Shown here: positions 16,305 to 25,666 of the stretch, in pieces
How positions within the stretch are numbered: the first letter of the stretch is position 1
How the letters are laid out: each line of letters opens with the position of its first letter
Program-made: the position numbers and the translations under genes
IMG/VR virus record: IMGVR_UViG_3300028888_000116
Coordinates: 10,224 to 74,223 of that record
DNA: 64,000 nt
Source of the DNA: a virus
Lineage: Duplodnaviria; Caudoviricetes
Reading direction: 5' to 3' (one strand)
Notes under the pieces: generated by a model
The model's database searches: none
What the model was told of the DNA's origin: nothing
The model's input: the letters and a program-made list of their open reading frames with translations, nothing else

Positions 16305-18386
16305 TTAACTAAAATTCATTCCTTGTTGAGCATTAAAGATTCTTTTCCAATTATCTTGTGAAATATAATCTTTATTCATAAGAGAATTTAAAAGATTTCC
16401 TTTTGTTCTTAAGTTCTCAGCTTGGATATAATCAATAGAATTCTTATAACAGAATGTATAAGTTCTACTCATAGCATCTTTACCGGGTCTGTGGATTCTT
16501 CCCCTACTCTGTTCATAAACAGTATAATTATAAGTCTTTTCAAGATAGCATTGGAATTTACATTCAGTAAGAGTTACAGAAGTATTCATAATATTTATAG
16601 AAGCGATAATAATTTTATGTTTATTATTATTCTTAAATTCTTTTATCGCATTTGAAATATCATCTTTACCCATTCCAGCTTGAATTACTATTGGGTCATA
16701 TTTTTTTAATGAACTCTTTAAACAGTCAGCCGTTTTTGGGTGATAATACCAAACAATTCCTCGTTCTTCTGATTCATCAACTCTATCTATTAAAACATCT
16801 TTAAGAGCATCAAATTTTGTTGCATCATTTTGGTATTTATAACTCTTTATACTTTTCTGTAATTCAGATGGAAATTTCTCAAATGTCGGAGTGTTCACAA
16901 TACATTCGGGATTGTCTACTGCTAATTGGAATATTCCAAACATATTCATAATAGAATCTTTAACTGTAGCTTCTCCAGCTAATTTTCTAGCCTGGGCTGC
17001 TTTTAATTCTTCTTTTGTGAACTCTTCATATATTTTTCTTTGTAATGGACTCATATCAAGATAAATCGTTGGAACGTCATAATCCATCGGCAAATCAAGA
17101 CATTCATTCATCATTCTTTTTGAGCCATATACTGATAATAATATTTTATTTAATTCATTTATTTTTTCAAGATTCCAAGTTTCTTCATTAATAGCATATT
17201 TTGAAAATCTATTACCTAATTGAACATAATCAGTAAGCCAATCTTCATAGGATTTTCCATTAACTAATGCTCTATCCAAAATTTTAAGAGGCTGATATAA
17301 TTTTTCATATTTATCTGCTAATGTTCCAGTAAACTCATATCTATATTTGAAATATGTAATATTCATATTCAGTAATTGAGAACGTCTAGAACCAGGATTA
17401 TTTATTGTATGAACTTCATCAAGAAATAATCCACCATTATGTCCCTGTAGCCATTCTACTATTGGGATAGACGATTCCCGATATTTTGTTTTTTCACTTG
17501 GATGTGATTTTGCTCTTAAGTTTTTTAATTCATCAGTAATCTTTTTATATTCTTTATCAGTCTTTAATAATTCTTCAGCTTCATCTGCTCTTATTCCTAA
17601 TAATTTTTTAGCAGCTTTAAAATTCTTTCTATATTCTTGTTCTAATTTTACCTGAGTTTCAATTTGTTTTGGTAATTTAGATGGAATATGAGTTTTATCA
17701 TAATAATAATTATTTACTGACTTAAAAGAATCATAAGTCATTATAATAATTTTATATGGATATTTTTCAATATTAAAAATATCGCGGTCTTCAAAAGATT
17801 TTTCAGAAATAGAATTCAAAACAAATATTTCTTCATCTTTAAGAGTTGTTCCAAACTTTAATAATTCATCTTTAAGATTATAAACTCCAACTCCAGTTGA
17901 GAAGATTAAACATTTATCTATTTTCTTATAATAACGAAGATTCTCAATTAAAGCAGCAAGACAGTAGCTTTTGCCTAGTCCCATTTGCCAGTTGAATAAA
18001 AATCTATTCTGTCTTAATGCTCTACTTATATCTTCCTTTTGATAATTTTCAAATGGGTGAATACCCTTTAAAGGTGGGAATTTTAATAAATCTTCTTTAA
18101 ATAATATACGTTCTTTTGATTGTTCAAGTTCTTTTAGATTATCTAAATATAATTGAATATTTCTTGCTTCTAATTCAGAAAACTCTACATTAAAGCCATT
18201 ATATTTTAATTCTAACTCTAAATCATAAGCATCAAATATAGATTTTTCCCAAAGCTTTGTTTCAAAATTAAAGCTACAACCATTTTCTTTTAGGGTTTCG
18301 TATGCTCTTTGGAATTCAGATTTTGAGTTTTCTCTTATTTTAATTTCGAGTTTTCCAGTACTATTATTACAAAAGAACTCAATCAT
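16305..18386 (-). CDS. SNF2/SWI2-family helicase-like ATPase
   Basis: Motif I FNWQMGLGKS, motif II LFLDEVH, motif III FTGT, motif VI QSRGRIHRPG. Confidence 0.85.
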   Translation of the reverse strand: MIEFFCNNSTGKLEIKIRENSKSEFQRAYETLKENGCSFNFETKLWEKSIFDAYDLELELKYNGFNVEFSELEARNIQLYLDNLKELEQSKERILFKEDLLKFPPLKGIHPFENYQKEDISRALRQNRFLFNWQMGLGKSYCLAALIENLRYYKKIDKCLIFSTGVGVYNLKDELLKFGTTLKDEEIFVLNSISEKSFEDRDIFNIEKYPYKIIIMTYDSFKSVNNYYYDKTHIPSKLPKQIETQVKLEQEYRKNFKAAKKLLGIRADEAEELLKTDKEYKKITDELKNLRAKSHPSEKTKYRESSIPIVEWLQGHNGGLFLDEVHTINNPGSRRSQLLNMNITYFKYRYEFTGTLADKYEKLYQPLKILDRALVNGKSYEDWLTDYVQLGNRFSKYAINEETWNLEKINELNKILLSVYGSKRMMNECLDLPMDYDVPTIYLDMSPLQRKIYEEFTKEELKAAQARKLAGEATVKDSIMNMFGIFQLAVDNPECIVNTPTFEKFPSELQKSIKSYKYQNDATKFDALKDVLIDRVDESEERGIVWYYHPKTADCLKSSLKKYDPIVIQAGMGKDDISNAIKEFKNNNKHKIIIASINIMNTSVTLTECKFQCYLEKTYNYTVYEQSRGRIHRPGKDAMSRTYTFCYKNSIDYIQAENLRTKGNLLNSLMNKDYISQDNWKRIFNAQQGMNFS

Positions 18387-18622
18387 TTTCTTAAATTAAC
18401 TTTTATCATACACATTTAATAAATCTATAAAGAATATGAAATGAAGTGTGGAATAAATTGTAGATAATACTATAAATATAAATAATTCCATCTAAAGGCT
18501 CCTTTATAACAAATATAACAAAAAATTATAAATTTTTTCCACTAAAACCTGAATTTTTTGCAAACTCATAGTGTAAATTTATATGATAAACAAAAAGATG
18601 TATTTTTACATCTAATTTATTT

Positions 18623-19228
18623 TTAATTTATTTGTAATATTTGTTCTAACTTTGGTAGATATAGGTCTATATCTCGTATAATTTGGGCTATATGTTTAGT
18701 TAATCTGATTTTTGGGTTTGATAATCCACCTGAAGAGTTATAAATATTTCGCCAAACTCCTTTTCCTTTTTCTCCTGTAAACTTAAATATTGACATATTT
18801 TCTGAATCTAAATCTTCCCACACTCCTTGATAAAAAAATGACGCATCATCAGAATAAAATTTTGCATCACAGTTATGTACAACTTTTGATAGAATATTTA
18901 AAACTTCAGAATGTTTAAGTTGAGGTAAGTTTGATAAATTCCATTGTCCTAATTGAGTTTCGGGATTATAAAATCTAATAACGACTGTATAATATCCATT
19001 TGGTGTATTTACTCCTAAACCCTGAGCTGATATAAAATCTTCAGCTCCAAAAGAAGATTTAGCATAGAAAATTGCTTCATAATATTTCTGTTTTGAATTC
19101 CAAGTAGACTTTGCTACATCAATTCTTGAATCACCTTCATTTTCTCTTTTATCAAGATGTTTCTGAGTAAAATTAGAAATTGCTGTTTGAGTTAGAGAAT
19201 CTAGAGTGGCTTCAAATAAAAGTTCCAT
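18623..19228 (-). CDS. Hypothetical late protein (putative internal head protein)
   Basis: 201 aa. ACTAAATA 4 nt before the ATG; starts MELLFE/A. Confidence 0.7.
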   Translation of the reverse strand: MELLFEATLDSLTQTAISNFTQKHLDKRENEGDSRIDVAKSTWNSKQKYYEAIFYAKSSFGAEDFISAQGLGVNTPNGYYTVVIRFYNPETQLGQWNLSNLPQLKHSEVLNILSKVVHNCDAKFYSDDASFFYQGVWEDLDSENMSIFKFTGEKGKGVWRNIYNSSGGLSNPKIRLTKHIAQIIRDIDLYLPKLEQILQIN

Positions 19229-19235
19229 AAATTAT

Positions 19236-19781
19236 TTAGTTGAAGTTTTCATTTAAAAGTTTTATGTCAACATTTCTTTTATCAAGAAGCTCACCCCATT
19301 TTCTTTGATATTCAAGCTTTTCTTTTTCTTCATCAGTTATACATAAATAATTTTTATAAGTATTTAGAATTAAATTCTTTAAAGTTTCATCAAAGCCAAA
19401 TCTATCCATTTGTTGCTCAAGAATGGATATGGCATCTTCATCAGTCATTTCATCAAAAGATGCCCAATCACAAATCATCTCAATAACGTCAATTAAATCC
19501 ATCTCACAAAGATACCCTTTGTAATGCTCTGGGTGATGCCTATTATTCTTATAATGTTCTTCAAATAACCATTTATATCGTTCTTGTTTATCGAAATATT
19601 CTTCTGTTCCATAGGGATAACGAGGTTCTTTATCCATCGCTTCCCACCCCGATAGCTCTGGTTCCTTTAATTTTGAATTATCGTGTTCTTGGCCCCGTTT
19701 TATAAGTAAGGAGCATATCTTTAAGAGATTTTGCTCAACTTTATGTTGATGGGCCCTAATAGCTCTTATAGTTGGAGACAT
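19236..19781 (-). CDS. DUF5662-like (HD-type) phage protein
   Basis: HDNSK, HYKNNRHHPEH and DVIEMICDW motifs. Confidence 0.7.
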   Translation of the reverse strand: MSPTIRAIRAHQHKVEQNLLKICSLLIKRGQEHDNSKLKEPELSGWEAMDKEPRYPYGTEEYFDKQERYKWLFEEHYKNNRHHPEHYKGYLCEMDLIDVIEMICDWASFDEMTDEDAISILEQQMDRFGFDETLKNLILNTYKNYLCITDEEKEKLEYQRKWGELLDKRNVDIKLLNENFN

Positions 19782-19818
19782 TTTATTATACCCTCGAATA
19801 TAATTTAGTGAGCTGTAT

Positions 19819-19846
19819 AAAAAAAGGTACCATTGAAGGTACCTTT
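19819..19846 (-). terminator. Intrinsic terminator
   Basis: AAAGGTACC-N6-GGTACCTTT, followed by a T tract on the minus strand. Confidence 0.75.
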
Positions 19847-19864
19847 ATATATTAGGAATTTTAC

Positions 19865-20710
19865 TTATCTTCCCATATCTTCACCAGCTGCATCACCAAT
19901 GTTATATCTTCCAACATCATTTACATCGACAATAGAATCAGATGAAAGAGCAGCTAAAGATAAAGAGTTTGCTGAAGATTCAGCCATCTTTCTCCAGTTA
20001 AATGATTCAAGTGGAGCAGATTCATCAAGTTGTAAATTATCATCATTTACAATTGCTTCATTATATGATTCAGCCTTTTCTGATATTCTTCTCATTGACT
20101 GAGTATCATATCTTGTATCCATTGCTTCAGAAATGCTATTACCTAAAACTTTATCAGCTCTTTCAGCAAAAACATCTCTTACATCATCAAAATTGAAAGC
20201 TCCGTGTTTTGATTGTTCAATATTTTTATTTTCTCTAAAATTATCTTTAAAGAAGTTTGAAAGAGAATAACTCTGATGCTCTTTCATATATTCACTCGCA
20301 GCATTATCATCATCAAACTCAAGAGATTCTCTCTGTGTAGGAGCGATTCCACCAATTGAATTCTGTGGAGTATCTTCATCTTCTTCAGTATCAGCGATTG
20401 ATTTCAATGATTTTTTTCTCAATTGTCCGATAGGAATAGAATCTACTGTATTAAGTTGCTGTTCAACAACATCCTGAGCTGATTTTGAAATTGATTTAAG
20501 TTGATTATAGATTCCTGTTAAAGCATCAACCTGGCTCTTCAATGAAACTGGAACTGTCTGAGCGACAACTCCACCAAATGAAGCAGCATCATCTATAATA
20601 TCATTTAAATCATCAATTATGCTGATTAAATCATTATTCTTTGCAAGCTTTTCAAACTTTGGTTTAATTGAAGTTAAACCATTGATTATTTTATTAATAT
20701 CGCCAGCCAT
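19865..20710 (-). CDS. Hypothetical acidic late protein (putative internal head protein)
   Basis: 281 aa. ACTAATTT at 20755-20748; several [ILY]xE[SA] sites in the C-terminal third. Confidence 0.7.
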   Translation of the reverse strand: MAGDINKIINGLTSIKPKFEKLAKNNDLISIIDDLNDIIDDAASFGGVVAQTVPVSLKSQVDALTGIYNQLKSISKSAQDVVEQQLNTVDSIPIGQLRKKSLKSIADTEEDEDTPQNSIGGIAPTQRESLEFDDDNAASEYMKEHQSYSLSNFFKDNFRENKNIEQSKHGAFNFDDVRDVFAERADKVLGNSISEAMDTRYDTQSMRRISEKAESYNEAIVNDDNLQLDESAPLESFNWRKMAESSANSLSLAALSSDSIVDVNDVGRYNIGDAAGEDMGR

Positions 20711-20812
20711 TTTTACCGTCCTTATAAGGTCTAAATATATATTTAATAAATTAGTATTTTCTATCTCAAATTATCCAAAAATACGATACTAGATTTAAGA
20801 TAAGGAGTAAAT

Positions 20813-21427
20813 ATGAAAGAAAAGTTTTGGTGGAAAACATCATTTATGGTTTTTCTTTATGCTGCGGTTTTAATTACTATGATGTTCTTACAGGACATTA
20901 TCTATATTCTTGGTAATTATTCTGAAATATTGGAAAAAGTAAAAGTTGATGGATTTCTTTTTAATATTTTAAATGGCCAAGTAGGATTACCGATTTCTTC
21001 ATTATCTTTTCTATGGGTAACGATTTGTGCTGCATATGTTGGAGTTGACAGGGCTGCTTATGCTATTAAATCATCAAAAATGATTTCTGGTGAAACTGAT
21101 TTTGGTGACCCAGCTACAATCAGAAAAATAATTTTGGTATCGGGATTAGTTTTACTTTTTGGATGTGTTTCAAATTGTTTTGTTGATTATGATTTTGAAT
21201 TAAACTCATTAGCATCGGCATTTGGTTCATCAATTCTTTTATATATTGCTGGTCAGAAAGCTATTAAATCTGTAAAATATGTAGATGGAGATTTAAACGG
21301 AGACGGAATACCAGATGATGAAGAAGAAACTGAAGAAGAAACTTCAAAATTCACTGAAGGTATCAAAACAATGGTTGAAGGCGCCAAACAAATAAAAGAA
21401 TCAATAGAAGAAGCAAAAGAAGAATAA
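20813..21427 (+). CDS. Multi-pass membrane protein, holin candidate
   Basis: About four TM segments and a charged C-terminal tail. AAGGAG RBS; class L variant ACTAGATT at 20788-20795. Confidence 0.55.
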   Translation: MKEKFWWKTSFMVFLYAAVLITMMFLQDIIYILGNYSEILEKVKVDGFLFNILNGQVGLPISSLSFLWVTICAAYVGVDRAAYAIKSSKMISGETDFGDPATIRKIILVSGLVLLFGCVSNCFVDYDFELNSLASAFGSSILLYIAGQKAIKSVKYVDGDLNGDGIPDDEEETEEETSKFTEGIKTMVEGAKQIKESIEEAKEE

Positions 21428-21430
21428 AAT

Positions 21431-21459
21431 AAAGGCCGGGATTTTACCCGACCTTTTTT
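21431..21459. terminator. Bidirectional terminator
   Basis: AAAGGCCGGG-atttta-CCCGACCTTT plus T tract, between convergent genes. Confidence 0.8.
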
Positions 21460-22171
21460 AATTCATTTCTGAAATTATCTTGTTTAAATCCAAAATCTTG
21501 TGGTTTTTATCCCAACAAACATTCAGGTATTTATCTAAATCAATTTTCCTTTCTGGCCATTTAATCTGAATTGGTTCAGGTTCTCTACCTTCCTGTTGAG
21601 CTATCCTTGTTTCCAAAGCATAATTCTCATAATCATAGCAGAAGTAGTCGTCCTTTATATCCAAATCGTGTGTATGCCCATAAAGATTCTTGAAATTATT
21701 TGCTGGAGAAATGTAAACTGGCTCGTGACTTAAGATGAAGTTATCTTCAATAATAATTGGAGTATCATAAACCTTATCAAAACCAAGCTCATAGTAAAAC
21801 TTAATTCTTGATTCATTTTCTCTATGAAGATTATCGTGATTTCCAAGAATTATAATCAACTTCCTTTTTCCAGTTGGGCCTTTCATTCTATTTACGATAC
21901 TCTTCATTTCTTCAAAATGATTTTCAATTAATTTCTTTTTCTGTGATTCACCAGCGAAGAATAAATCACCATTATTCCAAATTGTGCATTCTTCTGGTAA
22001 TTTATCAAATTCAGCAAGCATATCGTGATTCATTTTTGCAATTTCATCACATTCAAAATCTCTGTTATGAAGGCCTTTAATATTATAAGGTCTATTACAA
22101 AATTTAACAATTGAAAGATGAAAAAAATGATTGTCGCTTATTATGAAATTTTTATCTGAAAGTTTTAGCAT
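21458..22171 (-). CDS. Calcineurin-like metallophosphoesterase
   Basis: ISDNH, NGDL, LGNHD, LSHEP and YGHTH metal-binding motifs. Confidence 0.85.
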   Translation of the reverse strand: MLKLSDKNFIISDNHFFHLSIVKFCNRPYNIKGLHNRDFECDEIAKMNHDMLAEFDKLPEECTIWNNGDLFFAGESQKKKLIENHFEEMKSIVNRMKGPTGKRKLIIILGNHDNLHRENESRIKFYYELGFDKVYDTPIIIEDNFILSHEPVYISPANNFKNLYGHTHDLDIKDDYFCYDYENYALETRIAQQEGREPEPIQIKWPERKIDLDKYLNVCWDKNHKILDLNKIISEMN

Positions 22172-22350
22172 TTAATTTTCCTTATGATGTCTCGTTCTGG
22201 CTGAATTGTTTTTTCTCCCCAAGTTCCGGTAAGATTTCCAGCCTTATCGATGTGAGTAATTGTTCCACTATGGCCATTGTATTTTGGCTCGCCTTCCATA
22301 ATGATAATTCTTACAATTTCTCCTATTTTGTAAAGGCTTAATCTTTCCAT
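22165..22350 (-). CDS. DUF4314-like small SH3-type protein
   Basis: IGEIVRII.MEG...G.SGTITHID.AG.LTGTWG pattern. Start moved to ATG 22350 to fit the AGGAG RBS. Confidence 0.6.
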   Translation of the reverse strand: MERLSLYKIGEIVRIIIMEGEPKYNGHSGTITHIDKAGNLTGTWGEKTIQPERDIIRKIKC

Positions 22351-22355
22351 CGCCA

Positions 22356-22399
22356 AATCTCCTATATTTATAATATAATGGAAAGAAAATTAAAAGTTA
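22356..22399 (-). promoter_or_regulatory. Class E promoter plus RBS
   Basis: TAACTT (22399-22394)-N18-TATTAT (22375-22370)-AAATATAGGAG. Confidence 0.7.
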
Positions 22400-22669
22400 G
22401 GAATTTTCTTCATCTTCTTTAAAGAGTTCCGAAGTATCAAGATTAAATCTTCTATATGCTCGCATCCAATTCTTATATTCTCGTTTTTCGTTAAGCTTTC
22501 CCATTTCAGAAAAATCTTTTGGCTCACAATCTTTAAATACTTCTTTTACTTCTTTTACTTCATCTTCATCAAGATAATCTAATTCAATTCCAGCGAGAGA
22601 AGTATCTGATTTATAGATAACGAGTACTTCTCTATCTTTATCTTTATAATTAAATTTTTTAATTATCAT
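22397..22669 (-). CDS. Hypothetical protein
   Basis: 90 aa, AAGGAG RBS. Confidence 0.75.
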   Translation of the reverse strand: MIIKKFNYKDKDREVLVIYKSDTSLAGIELDYLDEDEVKEVKEVFKDCEPKDFSEMGKLNEKREYKNWMRAYRRFNLDTSELFKEDEENS

Positions 22670-22681
22670 ATTTTACTCCTT

Positions 22682-22912
22682 TTAATCTAATGGAAGACAG
22701 GCCCCACCATCAAGAAGGTCTTTTGGTATTCCTGTTGCTTTATAAAAGCCTTCTTGGAATTTTTCAAATATTTCTAATCTTTCTTTAGTCTCAGCCCAAT
22801 ATAAAATATCTTCAAAAGATTCAAATTTACGTTCAAGGAAATTATTTCCAACGTATGACGGCTGATATTCTCCAAAGAATATATTATTTTTGTTCGAACT
22901 CTTCGATGGCAT
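22682..22912 (-). CDS. Hypothetical protein (FEDI-motif family)
   Basis: 76 aa, GGAG RBS, contains KFESFEDILYW. Confidence 0.65.
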   Translation of the reverse strand: MPSKSSNKNNIFFGEYQPSYVGNNFLERKFESFEDILYWAETKERLEIFEKFQEGFYKATGIPKDLLDGGACLPLD

Positions 22913-23057
22913 TTAATGTCTCCCATATTGATTTTGTTTCTTCTTCATCTATATACTCAAAATTTTTATTTTTAGAATACTCATCTGCTACTTCAACTAA
23001 TGCCATTAAATCCGAATATAAAAGTAAATCATCAAAATTTTTAATCTTTGTATTCAT
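22884..23057 (-). CDS. Hypothetical protein (57 aa, FEDI-motif family; not in the ORF track)
   Basis: Hand translation: MNTKIKNFDDLLLYSDLMALVEVADEYSKNKNFEYIDEEETKSIWETLNAIEEFEQK. It fills the gap between its neighbours. Confidence 0.65.
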   Translation of the reverse strand: MNTKIKNFDDLLLYSDLMALVEVADEYSKNKNFEYIDEEETKSIWETLNAIEEFEQK

Positions 23058-23223
23058 TTGTTTTTAATTGATTTATAATGTCTATAATTGCCAATCTTAA
23101 ATCTTCTTGAAGAGCCAAATCTTCAAAATTTTTAGCTTTTAATTTTTTAGAGTTTTCTTCTTTAAGTACTTCAGAAAATTCAGATTCTACTTTTATCAAT
23201 GGAGTTATTTGTGGCTCTTCCAT
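23041..23223 (-). CDS. Hypothetical protein (FEDI-motif family)
   Basis: 60 aa, GAGG RBS, contains KAKNFEDLALQED. Confidence 0.65.
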   Translation of the reverse strand: MEEPQITPLIKVESEFSEVLKEENSKKLKAKNFEDLALQEDLRLAIIDIINQLKTNEYKD

Positions 23224-23411
23224 TATTCCCTCGTTGCAGTAACATCTATTTTGATATTCTTAATTTTAGGTGGAACTAAACAATTATGACTTTGGACATT
23301 ATAGCTATCAATATTATGTTTATATAATATACGAGACCACTTATCAAGAAAATCAACATATTTTGCTATACTTTCAAAATCATCAAAAGCTATTATTTCC
23401 CGTTCTCCCAT
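23223..23411 (-). CDS. Hypothetical protein (FEDI-motif family)
   Basis: 62 aa, contains AFDDFESIAKYVD. Confidence 0.6.
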   Translation of the reverse strand: MGEREIIAFDDFESIAKYVDFLDKWSRILYKHNIDSYNVQSHNCLVPPKIKNIKIDVTATRE

Positions 23412-23701
23412 TCTGGCTGCCTCGAAAAATTATTAGAATTTAAATATCCAACTATTCTTTGTGGTTTATATGATTTTCTCATATCATATTCAGTAAGATA
23501 TATCATTCCATCAGTTGCACTTTTAGATTGAAGTATATCATTCACTCTAGCAATATCTTCAAAACAGTCAAAAGTCAAATCTGTAAAATGGTCTAAAAGG
23601 TTTATGTCAAGGTCTACTTCAGCTTCTTGAGTCCACTTTACATTAAGAGGTCTTGCCTTTACATTAAAATCTTGAAGATTAATCATTATGATAAATACCA
23701 C
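23393..23701 (-). CDS. Hypothetical protein (FEDI-motif family)
   Basis: About 102 aa (start uncertain), contains TFDCFEDIARVND. Confidence 0.6.
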   Translation of the reverse strand: MVFIIMINLQDFNVKARPLNVKWTQEAEVDLDINLLDHFTDLTFDCFEDIARVNDILQSKSATDGMIYLTEYDMRKSYKPQRIVGYLNSNNFSRQPEWENGK

Positions 23702-23847
23702 ATAATATGGTCTCTTAAATCCTCGTATTGCTTCTTTAATTCCAACTGATTTTCGTCAATTTCTTTTGAATTTACTTTATCAAGTTTACGATTAATCAGA
23801 TTCAAAAGCATATCAATTTCAACAGCATCCAATGACATATTTATCAT
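23686..23847 (-). CDS. Hypothetical protein
   Basis: Start moved to ATG 23847, which follows a GGAGGT RBS (MINMSLDAVE...). Confidence 0.65.
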   Translation of the reverse strand: MINMSLDAVEIDMLLNLINRKLDKVNSKEIDENQLELKKQYEDLRDHIMWYLS

Positions 23848-23942
23848 AAATACCTCCGTATTTTGAAATATATTAACAAAAGAAATCAACTAAATAGTTA
23901 ATATCTAAATTAAAAGTCGGTGTACTTTGAAGAAAGGAAATA

Positions 23943-25664
23943 ATGAAAAAATTTTTTAGTAATATCACAGAATTCTTAAAATCTGTAAAAAAGAGACCTC
24001 ACGCTGAAATAAAAGATACAAATAAAATTGATGCATTTGATAATACAATCTTTATAGTTTGTAGTATAACTTCTGCATTCATTAATCTTATATTTATAGC
24101 AAACCTTACGAAATCTCCATATACATTGGGAACTCTTTTATCAATGCCAGCTGCTGTATTCCTTGGCATTCTTTCTATTTCTCTTGATTTATCTAAAATG
24201 AATCACGCAATGAAGATAAACTCATTGACAGAATTGGAAAGGGAATTAGGAAACGAGACCTGGGTAAAGAGTGTAACAAAAATTAAGAATAAATGGAGAA
24301 GAGTTTATTTAGCTTATGTTTTTCTCTCCATCTTGACTTCTGTTTCACTCGCTTCTATTTCTATTGGAGCAGGGATTACAAGAAACGCCAATACTCTTAA
24401 ACAGATAGATGGATTTATCGTTCAAGGTGAACAATATATCGGTATTTCATCAACTTCTAAAAATATCCAAATGCAGAATTTGGTAAATAAAGCAACTGAT
24501 AATTCAGAAGAAGACGCTATTAAATTTGTAAATCAGCAAGTTGAAGAAGTTTGGCCGAAGATTCAAGAATGGCAAGATGAGTATACGGATTTCTTAAATG
24601 AAGAATTAGACCCAAATGATAAAACGGTTCTTGAAGAAAAATATAATGGAAGTAAATCTTATTATGATTATTGGACAAAAAGAAATAGAGAAGTCAATAA
24701 TCTTTTAAGTTCATCAAAATATAGTAGTTCAAGCTTAAAAGAATATCAGATTAAAGCTCTAACTCTTTCTGATTTTGAAGCAAAGATAAAATCAAATTAT
24801 TTAAAAACATATAAGAAAACAGCTTCTGATGAAGCATCTGAAAAGTTGAATCAATTATCAGATACAGCAATGGAAGAAGCTCTTGGGTGGATAGAAACTC
24901 TTAATAATGTTTCTCTCGTAAATCCAAAATCAGGCGAGACTGTAGTATTTGATACAGATGTAAATAAATCTCCAAAGGTATTAATTCAATCAGCTCTTAC
25001 AATCTTGAAAGCATTAAGAGTTGATGTTGAAAATGATTCAGGTGATATTGGTTCATCTTCAAAAATATTTATGCAAGTTGGCTCTTGGGCTGAATCACTT
25101 TCAAATAAAAAGAATAATAATGATATGAATGAAGTTTTGAATCAGAAATCTTCTGGCTCTCTTGGTGTAACTGAGATTTCAATGATGCTAACTTTATTAT
25201 TCCTATCTCTTCTTTGTGAATTAGCAATTAATCAGTTCTCACCTCAGCCAAAATTAACTAGAAAATTAGTTGGAAAATTTAGAAGATATTTCCCAAAAGA
25301 GTTTGATATAAACCAATTCATATTTGAAGTAAATAAAGAAAAATATAAGGCAATGGAAATTGATACAGAAGAATATAATAAAGAAACCGAAATCTGTGTT
25401 GATATTGCTATTAAATCTGAAATGACTCTTAAAAAGGCAATTGATGAAAAGAAAAAATCAATGAAGTCAAAAACTCCTACAAAGAAAGAGCAAGAAAAAA
25501 TTTCAAGTGCAAATGTGGAAATTGTAGAGAAAAAGGAAGAGCCTCCAGTAAGAAAGGTTAGACAAATTAATAGAACAGAAGAAAAACCAGCTGAAGATAA
25601 ATCAACTGAAGATGCATTAAAATCAGCTCTTGAAGGTTTAATCAAAAAGGTTGAACAGGAGTAA
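23943..25664 (+). CDS. Membrane protein: three N-terminal TMs, large helical domain, fourth TM, charged tail
   Basis: 573 aa. Hydrophobic segments near residues 35-55, 62-85, 120-145 and 410-430. ACTAAATA at 23889-23896, AAGGA RBS. Confidence 0.75.
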   Translation: MKKFFSNITEFLKSVKKRPHAEIKDTNKIDAFDNTIFIVCSITSAFINLIFIANLTKSPYTLGTLLSMPAAVFLGILSISLDLSKMNHAMKINSLTELERELGNETWVKSVTKIKNKWRRVYLAYVFLSILTSVSLASISIGAGITRNANTLKQIDGFIVQGEQYIGISSTSKNIQMQNLVNKATDNSEEDAIKFVNQQVEEVWPKIQEWQDEYTDFLNEELDPNDKTVLEEKYNGSKSYYDYWTKRNREVNNLLSSSKYSSSSLKEYQIKALTLSDFEAKIKSNYLKTYKKTASDEASEKLNQLSDTAMEEALGWIETLNNVSLVNPKSGETVVFDTDVNKSPKVLIQSALTILKALRVDVENDSGDIGSSSKIFMQVGSWAESLSNKKNNNDMNEVLNQKSSGSLGVTEISMMLTLLFLSLLCELAINQFSPQPKLTRKLVGKFRRYFPKEFDINQFIFEVNKEKYKAMEIDTEEYNKETEICVDIAIKSEMTLKKAIDEKKKSMKSKTPTKKEQEKISSANVEIVEKKEEPPVRKVRQINRTEEKPAEDKSTEDALKSALEGLIKKVEQE

Positions 25665-25666
25665 TT

